Below are positions 18,790 through 27,395 of a stretch of DNA of 45,029 nucleotides, piece by piece. Positions within the stretch are counted from its first letter, which is position 1. The number at the start of each line of letters is the position of its first letter. Origin of the DNA: an uncultured Limnohabitans sp. (GTDB taxonomy: Bacteria; Pseudomonadota; Gammaproteobacteria; Burkholderiales; Burkholderiaceae_C); assembly GCA_964431215.1 (NCBI GenBank), contig CAYSIY010000001.1:1-45029 (forward strand), in the 5' to 3' direction. The notes below the pieces were generated by a model that ran no database searches, was not told the origin of the DNA, and saw only the letters and a program-made list of their open reading frames with translations. The position numbers and the translations under genes were made by a program.

Positions 18790-19253
18790 TGCTGTAATTC
18801 CTTGACTTCGGTGCAAATAAGATAATCCTGCCACTGGTCTGACTTGGATTGCGGAAGGTCAGGAACACAGACAGTTCTTGGACTTCTTATCACGACTCTC
18901 GGCCACACCACGCGAGCACTGAATGCCGACTTCAGGCGCTGCGCCTTTGGCGGTGCATCCTGCTCAAGCTGATCTTGCAGGACATACCAGAGAGCCTCTT
19001 CCTCTTGCCAACTAAAGAATTGGTAGTCATCACGTCCGGCCTTGCCGACTGGAAACGGGGACGTTGACTTACGTTCATCCACTTCGATCCCATACCTGTA
19101 CTGTCCTTGCGGCGTTGACAACTGAATGTGCCCGTACTCAACCACAGTACTTTTCTCGTGTAACACAGGCGCTGAAAAGTCGGCGGCGTATGGGGGCGTC
19201 CCGACCGGCAAGGCGAGTGTCGCAATTAAAGGAATGAATCTAAGTCTCTGCAT
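18786..19253 (-). CDS. Secreted hypothetical protein heading the traL operon
   Basis: 155 aa with signal peptide; 4-bp overlap with traL. Confidence 0.65.
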   Translation of the reverse strand: MQRLRFIPLIATLALPVGTPPYAADFSAPVLHEKSTVVEYGHIQLSTPQGQYRYGIEVDERKSTSPFPVGKAGRDDYQFFSWQEEEALWYVLQDQLEQDAPPKAQRLKSAFSARVVWPRVVIRSPRTVCVPDLPQSKSDQWQDYLICTEVKELQQ

Positions 19254-19260
19254 ATGCCGT

Positions 19261-19290
19261 AATTTATCACAAACTAAATTTTTTTGTTTA
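19261..19290 (-). promoter_or_regulatory. Candidate extended -10 promoter for the hyp-traL...traG operon
   Basis: Minus strand TAAACA-aaaaaa-TTTAGTTTG-TGA-TAAATT in an AT-rich gap; same motif as 2722-2751. Confidence 0.45.
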
Positions 19291-19295
19291 TCTTT

Positions 19296-19787
19296 TTAGT
19301 CCGTCCTGAAAGACCGCTCGTAGATTCTTCTCGCTGCTGCTCGGACGTGATCGCTCTTGCTTTCCTGAGCGAAGAACTTGAGCGCGTTTGAGACCCCCAT
19401 ATCGCCAGCGACGATTGAGGTCAGCGAGTCTTGCTTTACATCAGATTTCGTGAGTACAAATGCCGGTACTGATCTGATGTCAAAGTTCTCGTAGAGCTTT
19501 GGATGAACGATCCAGCCAGGACCTTGTTTGTCACAGCAGGCCCGGTTGATTTGCTCTGCGTATTCGCGTGCTCCATTCAATGTGGCGGTACCTGGAAAGC
19601 CTTTGAGCACCAGCGTAGCTTGCGTGCTTGCGGCTTCTTTGGCCAGGCTGATCAATGCGCGGGAGGGCATGTTTGTTGAAACAAATACGTAGAGGCGCCA
19701 CGGCTCTTTTGCGCGTAGCGAGTCAACCATTTGGGCTGACGCAAGCAACGGTATGAGAGCAATGAGCGCAAGGATCGATTTTTTCAT
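19296..19787 (-). CDS. trbC: TrbC (F-type pilus assembly)
   Basis: VFVSTNMP...LVLKG...HPKLYENFDIRSVPAFV...GDMGV..AL signature. Confidence 0.9.
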   Translation of the reverse strand: MKKSILALIALIPLLASAQMVDSLRAKEPWRLYVFVSTNMPSRALISLAKEAASTQATLVLKGFPGTATLNGAREYAEQINRACCDKQGPGWIVHPKLYENFDIRSVPAFVLTKSDVKQDSLTSIVAGDMGVSNALKFFAQESKSDHVRAAARRIYERSFRTD

Positions 19788-19788
19788 G

Positions 19789-20796
19789 TCAGTTGAATGG
19801 TTGGCAGCAGTCTTTTCTCTGGAAGACGAAATATCCGTAGTCTTTGTCGTGGGGTCGTGAGGCCAGCTTTTCTTGCAATAGCAGCGGCCTGCCGATGGGC
19901 GTGCACATGTTGTCCGGGAAGGGGAAAACGCGATTCGTCTTGTACTGACGCTTGTCCATGATCAGCTGCGGGAATCCCATGGCTCCGCAACTTCGCAGCG
20001 CGGCGTCACCAGCCGTGCTTTGCTGGGTGCCTGCAGCGTGGAGCTTCGCAAAGAGACGCGCAATCATGAGGTGCGCGACCTGTTCGGGCGTGTTGGACAT
20101 CTGCGCGTTGCCTGTGAGCGGGTACATGGGCCCCCACGAGCCAGCGACCCAAAATAAGGACGCCAATGGAAACCCGAATGTCGCCGAAATTGCGTCAGGG
20201 GCTTCTGCTGCAATCGATGCAATGCCCGCGAACGGATATGCATAGGGCGTGAGCATAAGGCTGAGCGTGTCGTCGTTCCATGTGGGATCAGCCCACGAAA
20301 TGAACGGCAGGTCAAAGCTACGGTTGTCCAGGCAAGGCGATGCAGAAATCACGCCCAAGGCTGACATTACGGGGTTGATGTACTCATTGACGTGCACAAA
20401 AGCCGTGCGCTGCGTCCCCCCGATTTGCCTCGTTGTGGCCTTCTCGCCCCCGTACTCGTTGGCGTTAAATGGAGGTGAAATGTCCACCCCGCCGAGCAGT
20501 GGCATGCAGCCCGGCTTGTTCGTTGTGTCAACCATGTACCGGGGCTCCCAAAAACTCATGGGCGTGCCGATCATCAAATTGTTGATGCAGGCACAGACGG
20601 GCAGCTTGCTTGCGCCGGTGTCATAGTCGTCGCCTGAGGCGCCGATGTTTATGATTCCTCCAGCGATAGACACGGGGAACATGCAGTCCCAGCAAAGGTC
20701 GGTGATCAGATTGGGAAACTGGCCGTTACAGACCTTTTGAGGCATCGCCGCCGAGGCGACCACAGACAGGACTAGGGTTGCAAAAAAACGCTTCAT
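19789..20796 (-). CDS. traU: TraU
   Basis: FPNLITDLCWDCMFP, FWEP, PGC, DPTWNDD, GSWGPMYPLTG, RKDCC. Confidence 0.95.
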   Translation of the reverse strand: MKRFFATLVLSVVASAAMPQKVCNGQFPNLITDLCWDCMFPVSIAGGIINIGASGDDYDTGASKLPVCACINNLMIGTPMSFWEPRYMVDTTNKPGCMPLLGGVDISPPFNANEYGGEKATTRQIGGTQRTAFVHVNEYINPVMSALGVISASPCLDNRSFDLPFISWADPTWNDDTLSLMLTPYAYPFAGIASIAAEAPDAISATFGFPLASLFWVAGSWGPMYPLTGNAQMSNTPEQVAHLMIARLFAKLHAAGTQQSTAGDAALRSCGAMGFPQLIMDKRQYKTNRVFPFPDNMCTPIGRPLLLQEKLASRPHDKDYGYFVFQRKDCCQPFN

Positions 20797-21449
20797 GGCT
20801 TGACTCCGAACTCGATGGCCAACCGCTCTCCTCGCTGGTAGAGAACTGCCGGCACAGAAGATATGTTGATCCCGTAGAGGCGCTGAAGCTGATCGATGAT
20901 CATCTTGCGCTGGTCAAAATAAAAAGGGATGTTCTTGGTTCCGCCCCACCAGTCGTGCCCCTTGTACTTCACGCGCAGCTCGTAAGGAGATCCAGCTGTC
21001 AAAACGATCTTCAGGGACTGCTGTCTGCCTCTCGAAATCGCGTAGTCAATCTGGCGCTGATCTCTGCCGTCGATGAACATCAACCCGCTTGTCAGGGGCT
21101 GAATCTTGAGGGGCTCGATCACAGTTCCCTTTTTGACGACGATCTGGTTTTTTTCGTCTTTGATGTCCTGATGGAAGGTGAATCTGGGCGCGAAGTCTTC
21201 AACCCGGAAGTTGTAGCGGCTCGCAATTCCTAGCGGTGCCGGGTTCTTGATGGCGGCGATGTTTCGGTCTCTGAACTCATTCCAGAATTTGTCAACCTCG
21301 CCGGTCTGCTGTTTCTTCCGAATGATGTCTTTGAGTTGTTCGCGTCCGTCCCGGTCAGGTGCATACGCTGGCGCTTTTTGCCCGAGGTTTTCTGCTCCGA
21401 CTGCAAGCTGCAGGGAGCACAAAACAATGGCAAGCAGCTTGCGCTTCAT
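20793..21449 (-). CDS. traW: TraW
   Basis: From ATG 21449: signal peptide, KGTVIEPL, LMFIDGRDQRQ, IVLTAGS, FYFDQ, ISSVPA. Confidence 0.9.
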   Translation of the reverse strand: MKRKLLAIVLCSLQLAVGAENLGQKAPAYAPDRDGREQLKDIIRKKQQTGEVDKFWNEFRDRNIAAIKNPAPLGIASRYNFRVEDFAPRFTFHQDIKDEKNQIVVKKGTVIEPLKIQPLTSGLMFIDGRDQRQIDYAISRGRQQSLKIVLTAGSPYELRVKYKGHDWWGGTKNIPFYFDQRKMIIDQLQRLYGINISSVPAVLYQRGERLAIEFGVKP

Positions 21450-21988
21450 TCGAACACCGCCATAGTCGGACTTGCGGTTGCCACCTGCACGGGTTCGGTC
21501 TTGATCTTGGGGGAACTCACCAGTCGAAGGTTTTTCCCGGGAGCGGCTCCCGACAGGTAGGCGGCCCGCACTTTGGCCACGTACTCTTGGCGGCTGACAT
21601 CGAGCGCTGGTGATGTGCCTGCGTTGTACGAGCCGACCGCTCTCCAGGTCATGCCATAGCGCTTGATCATGTCGGCCAATACGCGGGCCCCGGCCATGAC
21701 GTTGGCACAGGGCTCCATGATGGTGTCCTTGTTGTGCCCCAGCCAAGCCAGGTTGCTTTCGTGGATTTGCATCATTCCGTAGTTGACAGAGCCGTCGCGG
21801 TTGGTGCTGATTGCCTCCGGTCGGAAGTGGCTTTCGACAAAGGCAACGGCATGCAACAAGTCAACCGAGACGCCGAATCTGTTTGCCGCATGAGCAAAGC
21901 AATGAGCCTGCACGCTGAAGGCTGAAAAAAGGAGTGCCCAGAAGAGAGCGACGCAACGGCTGGCGGACTTCAGCTGGGTGTTTTCCAT
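21446..21988 (-). CDS. Lytic transglycosylase (SLT domain)
   Basis: CF..AA.RF, AVAFVES, YGMMQI, AVGSYNAG motifs. Confidence 0.92.
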   Translation of the reverse strand: MENTQLKSASRCVALFWALLFSAFSVQAHCFAHAANRFGVSVDLLHAVAFVESHFRPEAISTNRDGSVNYGMMQIHESNLAWLGHNKDTIMEPCANVMAGARVLADMIKRYGMTWRAVGSYNAGTSPALDVSRQEYVAKVRAAYLSGAAPGKNLRLVSSPKIKTEPVQVATASPTMAVFE

Positions 21989-22182
21989 TTGATAACCAAC
22001 CTGGCTGCGTGGTAGAGGACAAAGAGGCCTTCGGCGATGGCGGTGTACACCAGCATGGAGGCCCCCGCTGACGCGACAACAGGGGCGAGTGCTCCAACGT
22101 CTGCTGCCGAGCTGCCCAAGAAGTACCCCGTGGCGCCAATCGACAGGGTGGCAATATGGAAGACCAGGTAGGCGGCGTTCAT
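21970..22182 (-). CDS. Small hydrophobic membrane protein
   Basis: 70 aa, two TM segments, overlaps both neighbours in the operon. Confidence 0.55.
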   Translation of the reverse strand: MNAAYLVFHIATLSIGATGYFLGSSAADVGALAPVVASAGASMLVYTAIAEGLFVLYHAARLVIKWKTPS

Positions 22183-22883
22183 TTGCGGGCCCCTTGCGCA
22201 GCCCGCACATAGCCCTGAATTTGCTCGACCGAAATCGCACCGCTGACGATGCTTCCATCGTCAAAAATCAGGGCTGGGGTTCCCTGAATTTGGAGATCTC
22301 TGCCAATTGCTGCAATCCGCTCGATCGGGTTGTCGCACTTTGCGTCCCTGGGTTTCTTACCAAGCAACATATAGTCACGCCAGGCCTTAGCCCTGTCCGG
22401 GACACACCAGATGCTTTCAGAGATACGCGCTGCATTGGGATGAATGCTCACGAGTGGGTACGGGTAAATAAGCACCCTCACTCCTTCGAGCTGGGCCAAG
22501 GCCTTCTCCAGCTGTTGGCAGAAAGGGCAGTCCGGATCTGAGAAAACGCGAACTGTGCTTCTCCCCTTGCTCAGTTCGATCGATGGCGTTTCTGCCAACT
22601 TGTTCAGGTCTGCTTTGGGCCTGTTTTTCTCTCGTAGCTCTTGAGTGAGTGACGTTTTGGTCTTGAGGTCGATCACCTCTCCGTTGATCATAATGGTCTG
22701 ATCGTCACTGATATAGACGATCTCTTGTCCTTTGGCGACAGATTTAAAACCCGGAAAAGCGGGGGCGATGGTTGCTCCTCTTGTGGCGGGGAATTTTTTA
22801 AACAGATCCTCGGCCCAGTCCGCGTGGGCAAATGACGCGATCATCGTTAAACAAACGATCGCATAGATTTTTCTTGAAATCAC
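22179..22883 (-). CDS. dsbC: DsbC-family disulfide isomerase
   Basis: GTG start with AAGGA RBS; VFSDPDCPFC, SIWC, IQGTPALIF. Confidence 0.9.
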   Translation of the reverse strand: MISRKIYAIVCLTMIASFAHADWAEDLFKKFPATRGATIAPAFPGFKSVAKGQEIVYISDDQTIMINGEVIDLKTKTSLTQELREKNRPKADLNKLAETPSIELSKGRSTVRVFSDPDCPFCQQLEKALAQLEGVRVLIYPYPLVSIHPNAARISESIWCVPDRAKAWRDYMLLGKKPRDAKCDNPIERIAAIGRDLQIQGTPALIFDDGSIVSGAISVEQIQGYVRAAQGARK

Positions 22884-23146
22884 TGTGTAGATCCTTTCTT
22901 GGATAGAAATATTGAGACCCTCGCATCGAGCGGGCCAAGATTGGTAAGGTACTCGATCGCATCTTCCAGGGAGCCGCAAAAGTACGGCTCTTCTCCCGGC
23001 TTGGGTAATCTGGCCGATCCGCTTGTGCCTTGCCTCGGTACCGGTGCAGGAATGTTTTGCTCATCGTTACAGGAGGGGGCAGCTTTTAGGAGCGATTGAA
23101 GTGCGTTGACAAGGGTCACGCGGCTAGCCTGCTTCGCGCTTGTCAT
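22880..23146 (-). CDS. Hypothetical protein
   Basis: 88 aa, 4-bp overlaps on both sides in the operon. Confidence 0.5.
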   Translation of the reverse strand: MTSAKQASRVTLVNALQSLLKAAPSCNDEQNIPAPVPRQGTSGSARLPKPGEEPYFCGSLEDAIEYLTNLGPLDARVSIFLSKKGSTQ

Positions 23147-23493
23147 GCGTAATTTCTCCAGGTGATCAACACGGTCGCGATCAGAGGGATCAGACCTGCA
23201 GTAAGAACGTGCGGGTAGAAGTATGCGGCATCATCGCGTGCAAGCCAGGTGCGCAAGAGCGCGGCGAACAAGGCCCCAGCAACAATCTTAAGCAGCACAA
23301 CGGATGCAAAGGGGGGAAATACGGACGACGCCAAGAGTGCGAGAGGATTGAGTTCGACTCTGCCGCTCTTAAGTCCAATGCTTGTGCTGTGAAGGTCGGC
23401 AACCTGTGAGAGCGCCAGAAGTACGTACACAGCGAGGACAGAAGCTCGCTGCGCCTTGTTGAGCCGTGAATTTTCTGCATGTGGTGCATTCAT
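23143..23493 (-). CDS. Membrane protein (DUF5658-like)
   Basis: Three TM segments with D..ST..GL..G..ELNPL...LLK pattern. Confidence 0.6.
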   Translation of the reverse strand: MNAPHAENSRLNKAQRASVLAVYVLLALSQVADLHSTSIGLKSGRVELNPLALLASSVFPPFASVVLLKIVAGALFAALLRTWLARDDAAYFYPHVLTAGLIPLIATVLITWRNYA

Positions 23494-23551
23494 TTAGTAA
23501 CCGGATTAGTATAGTATTTGAACGTCGCCACTTTACCACCAAGAACTCCCT

Positions 23552-24154
23552 ATGGATAGATTGACGAATGCAAACAACAGTCATCCTGCTTTTTTGTCTC
23601 GCGCTTTCGGTGAATTTTTCATTGTTTTTGTCCTTTATGTTGTTTTTGTTATTTTTCCGTGTGCTGCGTTGGCTCAGGGATCTCGCACCGAAGTAGCGTT
23701 CTCTCCTTCTGGTGGTGCTCAGGGGCTTGTCATCAAGGTCATCGAAAGCGCCCGTCAGGAGGTGAACATGCTGGCCTATTCGTTCACATCTGCCCAAGTA
23801 GCGGAGGCTTTGGTAAGAGCAGCAAAAAGGGGAGTTCGTGTTCGGCTTGCTATAGATAGCGAGTCCAACATGAATGGTGCAGGCGCCTCTAGCTCACGCG
23901 CCGCACTCTCAGCTGTTACGAATGCTGGGGGAGCAGTCCGTCTGGTAGATACATTTGCCATCCACCACGACAAGGTTTTGATCGTGGACGGCCTGCACGT
24001 TCAAACTGGCAGCTTCAATTACAGCTCATCTGCGGAAAAGCGAAACTCTGAGAACGTGTTGGTTATTTGGGATGATGATGCTCTTGCTCGTGCATATCTA
24101 AAACATTTCGAACGCAACTGGGGCCTTGGCAAGGCCTTTGTCCTCAGGTACTGA
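23552..24154 (+). CDS. nuc: Phospholipase D-family endonuclease (Nuc-like)
   Basis: EVAFSPSG, AYSFT, single HKD motif HHDKVLIVD, TGSFNYS, NSEN; N-terminal signal/TM. Confidence 0.92.
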   Translation: MDRLTNANNSHPAFLSRAFGEFFIVFVLYVVFVIFPCAALAQGSRTEVAFSPSGGAQGLVIKVIESARQEVNMLAYSFTSAQVAEALVRAAKRGVRVRLAIDSESNMNGAGASSSRAALSAVTNAGGAVRLVDTFAIHHDKVLIVDGLHVQTGSFNYSSSAEKRNSENVLVIWDDDALARAYLKHFERNWGLGKAFVLRY

Positions 24155-24163
24155 AAGGCTTAT

Positions 24164-25402
24164 ATGAACACAATCATCCTTGATGGCGTCAAAGTACCAG
24201 CTGATGATCCACACCTTCAATCAACTCTGTCGCGCGCCTACCAGGCCAAGGTCAGGCCTCTTTGCTCATGTAAGCCTTCTGGCGTCGCGATGTACATAGC
24301 GAAGGTGTCTGGGCAATTTCTGGTCAAGCGAATGCCTGACTCAGGGCCAGATCATGATGTGCAGTGTGAGAGCTATGACCCGCCGCCCGAACTGTCAGGC
24401 TACGGCGAAGTGTTGGGCTCGGCCATTCGAGAGGATGCAGAGACAGGCTTGACCGCGCTGCGATTCGATTTTGCGCTGCAAAAGACTGGGGGCCGCCCTC
24501 CCCCTGCTTCGAGTGAGACAGAGCATGACTCGGCCAAGGCAGAAAGCACAAAGTTGACAATCAGAGCCTTGCTCCATTACCTGTGGGATCAGGGTAAGTT
24601 GACACACTGGCGTCCGCATTGGGCCGGTCGGCGCAGCTGGGGGACCGTGTACAAGCAGCTGCAGATAGCTTTGCAGGGAAAGCAGGCCAAAGGTTCGGCG
24701 CTTGCAGATACCGTGTACATCCCCGCACCCTATAGTCCAGAGCGACGCGACTCCCTCATTGCGGCGCGAGAGGTTGTTCTGTCACGCTTGCGTAGCTCAG
24801 GGAGTGAGCGAAAGCTGGGCATCCTCATTGGCGAAGTCAAGTCCATTGAAACCGCGCGCTTTGGCTTCAAGCTTGTTCTCAAGCAAGCCCCTGACTTTTA
24901 TTTCCTCGTGGCAGAGGATCTGATGAAAAGGATCAAAAACAGGTTTGAAGCGGAGGTTTCTCTTTGGGGTGGTGTCGATGGCACTCACTTGGTTGCCGTG
25001 GCAACCTTTGGCGTTGCGTCGAGTGGCCTGGCGGCAATCGAAGAAATTGCGCTAATGGTCACAAACGAACACTGGGTTCCGTTTGGAGATCTCAACGAGA
25101 AAGTTTTGATTGATCGCCTGAACGAGCAGCGGCGCTGCTACATCAAGAGCCTGCGCTACAACATGAAAAAAAACAAGCCATTAGCAACGCTGGAGTTGGT
25201 GGACACGGACCCGCCGACGGCGCTGTTCATACACCCTGGCGATGCAGGTGACGAATACCAAGCCGAGTTCACCGAACTTGTCTCGGGTAGTCGGCTGTGT
25301 CACTGGTCTTGGGATGTCACAACGCCGATGCCTCAGATACCGCCAGCGCTGGCTCCTTTCATGCACGGCAACGAGGGCCAGGAGGGCTCTTCATCAGATT
25401 GA
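24164..25402 (+). CDS. DUF1173-like protein
   Basis: PLCSC...MYIA...VKRMPDSGPDH...CESY, LLHYLW, KSLRYN pattern recalled for DUF1173. Confidence 0.75.
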   Translation: MNTIILDGVKVPADDPHLQSTLSRAYQAKVRPLCSCKPSGVAMYIAKVSGQFLVKRMPDSGPDHDVQCESYDPPPELSGYGEVLGSAIREDAETGLTALRFDFALQKTGGRPPPASSETEHDSAKAESTKLTIRALLHYLWDQGKLTHWRPHWAGRRSWGTVYKQLQIALQGKQAKGSALADTVYIPAPYSPERRDSLIAAREVVLSRLRSSGSERKLGILIGEVKSIETARFGFKLVLKQAPDFYFLVAEDLMKRIKNRFEAEVSLWGGVDGTHLVAVATFGVASSGLAAIEEIALMVTNEHWVPFGDLNEKVLIDRLNEQRRCYIKSLRYNMKKNKPLATLELVDTDPPTALFIHPGDAGDEYQAEFTELVSGSRLCHWSWDVTTPMPQIPPALAPFMHGNEGQEGSSSD

Positions 25403-26829
25403 GCCAAGCACTCGGGAAGCGATATCGTTCCTGCCGTTTTGCCCTGGGTCTTTTGCGAGTCGACCTGACTGATCTTGTTTTCGATGGCGAGTTTCCAATC
25501 TTCACCGTAATTCATGACTGCGTAGATCTCGATTGCGTGTGCTCGGAGACTGCCAGATCTCCAGTTTCTCTCTTCAATCCTTTTGCTGATCACGGGCGTT
25601 AGTACATTGCGTCGAGCAAGATCCTTTTTAACCATATCGAGCACTCGCTCAACTACGTCACTTGGTTGATGAGCAAGCTCGTCGAAGACTACGTCGGCAG
25701 CAGTTGGCGTTGGGGTGAGTTCAAATTGGTTGCTGTTAGCGCCGCCTGCTGGTTCGATTCCTGTTTTATCAAACAAGCTTGGCTGTCGCGTCTTGCTGGA
25801 CTGCTTTTCTTTCACAACTTTGGCTCTCACCTGGATAGGCGCTGTACGTCGCATCGCTTCGCGAAACAATGCAAGCGTACTTTTAATGGCTGGCAGGCTT
25901 GCATTTTCTTTTCGTGCTGAGAGCTTGGCCAACTCATGGAGTAAGTCGGCCTCTGCGTGCCCGCTTTTCAGGTGATTGGTGATTTCCTCTCTTGGAATAC
26001 CGAGGGCTGCGGCCTGAATGTGCAAACTGCTCACGGGCGTCGCTTGCCGGAACTGACTTTTTAGCCAAACTTTGAACTGAACTTGTTTGACTGCTTGTCC
26101 CTCTTTGATCTCGACTATCTCGACGTAAAGCGGGCTCTTTGTGTTGATCTCGTCAATGGCTGGCACAACCTTTTCTGACTTGAACTTTCGCCAGGCGGGC
26201 AGCTTAGACTCGACTTTATCTTTTGCGTTGCGTCGGCTTGAATTTCCCCTCAAGGCCTCGATCCACCAGGCGGTAGGTTTTATGCATGTGCAATGAGACG
26301 GGTTGTTCTTGTACCGGCTTGCAATGATGTAGAGCGAAATGGCTGCATAGCCGTTGATATCTTTAAGCTCTTCGGGTCTGGTCAGCGTGTAGTCTGATTG
26401 GGGGTTGGACAAAGCAGCGACCATATCGGGAGGGAACCCCCAGTAAAGCCACAAGCGCCCATTTTCAAGCGCAATCTTGGCTTGTGTGATCAAGACCATC
26501 TGATCCCACAGCACGCCTTCCTTGGTCCCCTCGGGCGCGGTCCACTCTACTTTTGTGGATTGCATCTTATCAACATAGTCTTTGGCAACCTGGATGAGAT
26601 TGCTGCCGGGCTTGGAGATCGGTCTGATGATTTCAGCAAGGGGGGCTTTGAAGAACTCCGTCGCTTTCAATGTGCGCGCCTGCTCTGACGCCAGTGCTCT
26701 TAGCTGCAATTGAGCCGAGCGCATGAGGGAGACGTGCAGCTTGCGCCCCACGCCGCTGAGTTTGCCCACCCTGGGAATGAGTACCGTCAGCTCGTTGGGT
26801 TGTTTGAGGGGTTGATTTGCCAAGTCCAT
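25333..26829 (-). CDS. repB: Plasmid replication initiator (Rep_3/RepB-like)
   Basis: LKQPNE start, YAAISLYIIASRYK, WRKFKSEKVVPAIDEIN, K.GQAVKQVQF; adjacent to iterons and divergent from parAB. Confidence 0.88.
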   Translation of the reverse strand: MDLANQPLKQPNELTVLIPRVGKLSGVGRKLHVSLMRSAQLQLRALASEQARTLKATEFFKAPLAEIIRPISKPGSNLIQVAKDYVDKMQSTKVEWTAPEGTKEGVLWDQMVLITQAKIALENGRLWLYWGFPPDMVAALSNPQSDYTLTRPEELKDINGYAAISLYIIASRYKNNPSHCTCIKPTAWWIEALRGNSSRRNAKDKVESKLPAWRKFKSEKVVPAIDEINTKSPLYVEIVEIKEGQAVKQVQFKVWLKSQFRQATPVSSLHIQAAALGIPREEITNHLKSGHAEADLLHELAKLSARKENASLPAIKSTLALFREAMRRTAPIQVRAKVVKEKQSSKTRQPSLFDKTGIEPAGGANSNQFELTPTPTAADVVFDELAHQPSDVVERVLDMVKKDLARRNVLTPVISKRIEERNWRSGSLRAHAIEIYAVMNYGEDWKLAIENKISQVDSQKTQGKTAGTISLPECLAQSDEEPSWPSLPCMKGASAGGI

Positions 26830-26985
26830 AGTTGTCCGAATGATAGCCTTGTTGCGGACAGGCCGCCAGCAACGCCTATAAAAAACAGGACATCTGGCTT
26901 TTCGGAAGAGGCTCTTGTTGCTTCGAAGTCACAAAATTGAAGCGAAATAGCATAAATTATGTTAACAGATGATCGGTCACCAGAC

Positions 26986-26994
26986 TGTGGATAA
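26986..26994 (-). promoter_or_regulatory. DnaA box
   Basis: TGTGGATAA, perfect reverse complement of TTATCCACA. Confidence 0.85.
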
Positions 26995-27008
26995 GTCTAA
27001 CCTTCGGC

Positions 27009-27096
27009 TTATAGAAACAGGGACGCGTACGTATAAAAAACGGGACGTCCGCGTATAAAAAGCGGGACACTTGCGTATAAAAAACGGGACGCCTGT
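27009..27096 (+). repeat. Four 22-bp iterons (oriV)
   Basis: ttatagaaacagggacgcgtac / gtataaaaaacgggacgtccgc / gtataaaaagcgggacacttgc / gtataaaaaacgggacgcctgt; GGGAC at 27020, 27042, 27064 and 27086 (exact period 22). Confidence 0.9.
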
Positions 27097-27133
27097 GGAA
27101 ATCTTGTCTTTATTATTCAATCACTTAGGCATG

Positions 27134-27142
27134 TTATCCACA
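27134..27142 (+). promoter_or_regulatory. DnaA box
   Basis: TTATCCACA perfect consensus; an IHF-like site with one mismatch lies at 27115-27127. Confidence 0.85.
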
Positions 27143-27144
27143 GG

Positions 27145-27186
27145 TTGAAATGACTTAAAGTTGTCTTAAAGTTGTTCTTAAAGCAA
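27145..27186 (+). repeat. AT-rich short repeats (putative DNA-unwinding element)
   Basis: Three CTTAAAG(TTG) units spaced 11-12 bp, next to the DnaA box. Confidence 0.65.
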
Positions 27187-27395
27187 GGGTATAAAAAGAA
27201 GGACAACTGGCCGTCAGGCTCCTGAACCATGTAAAGCAAGCTACCTTTGCTCTTCCCAAACAATGTCACCTGAGACAAGTCGGTTGAGTTATCAATCTCG
27301 CGGATGCATCCTTGTTTTATGTCTGTCTCCCGTTTTTCGGTATGTTGGTCTACAATGGTGTGGCAACTTTTAACACCCCTCATCAAGGAGATATC

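Noticed and set aside
5635-22979. Longest-ORF starts from the track for traG, traH, traF, traA, traL, traW, slt and dsbC
   Set aside because: They overlap upstream genes; downstream starts with RBS, signal peptides or translational coupling were used instead.
26940-26967. dif/pdif site (TTATGTTAACA resembles the XerD arm)
   Set aside because: The XerC-side arm (AAGCGAAATAG) matches poorly; likely chance in an AT-rich origin region.
27009-27096. CRISPR or mini-array reading of the 22-bp repeats
   Set aside because: Contiguous repeats without spacers, beside rep and DnaA boxes: iterons.
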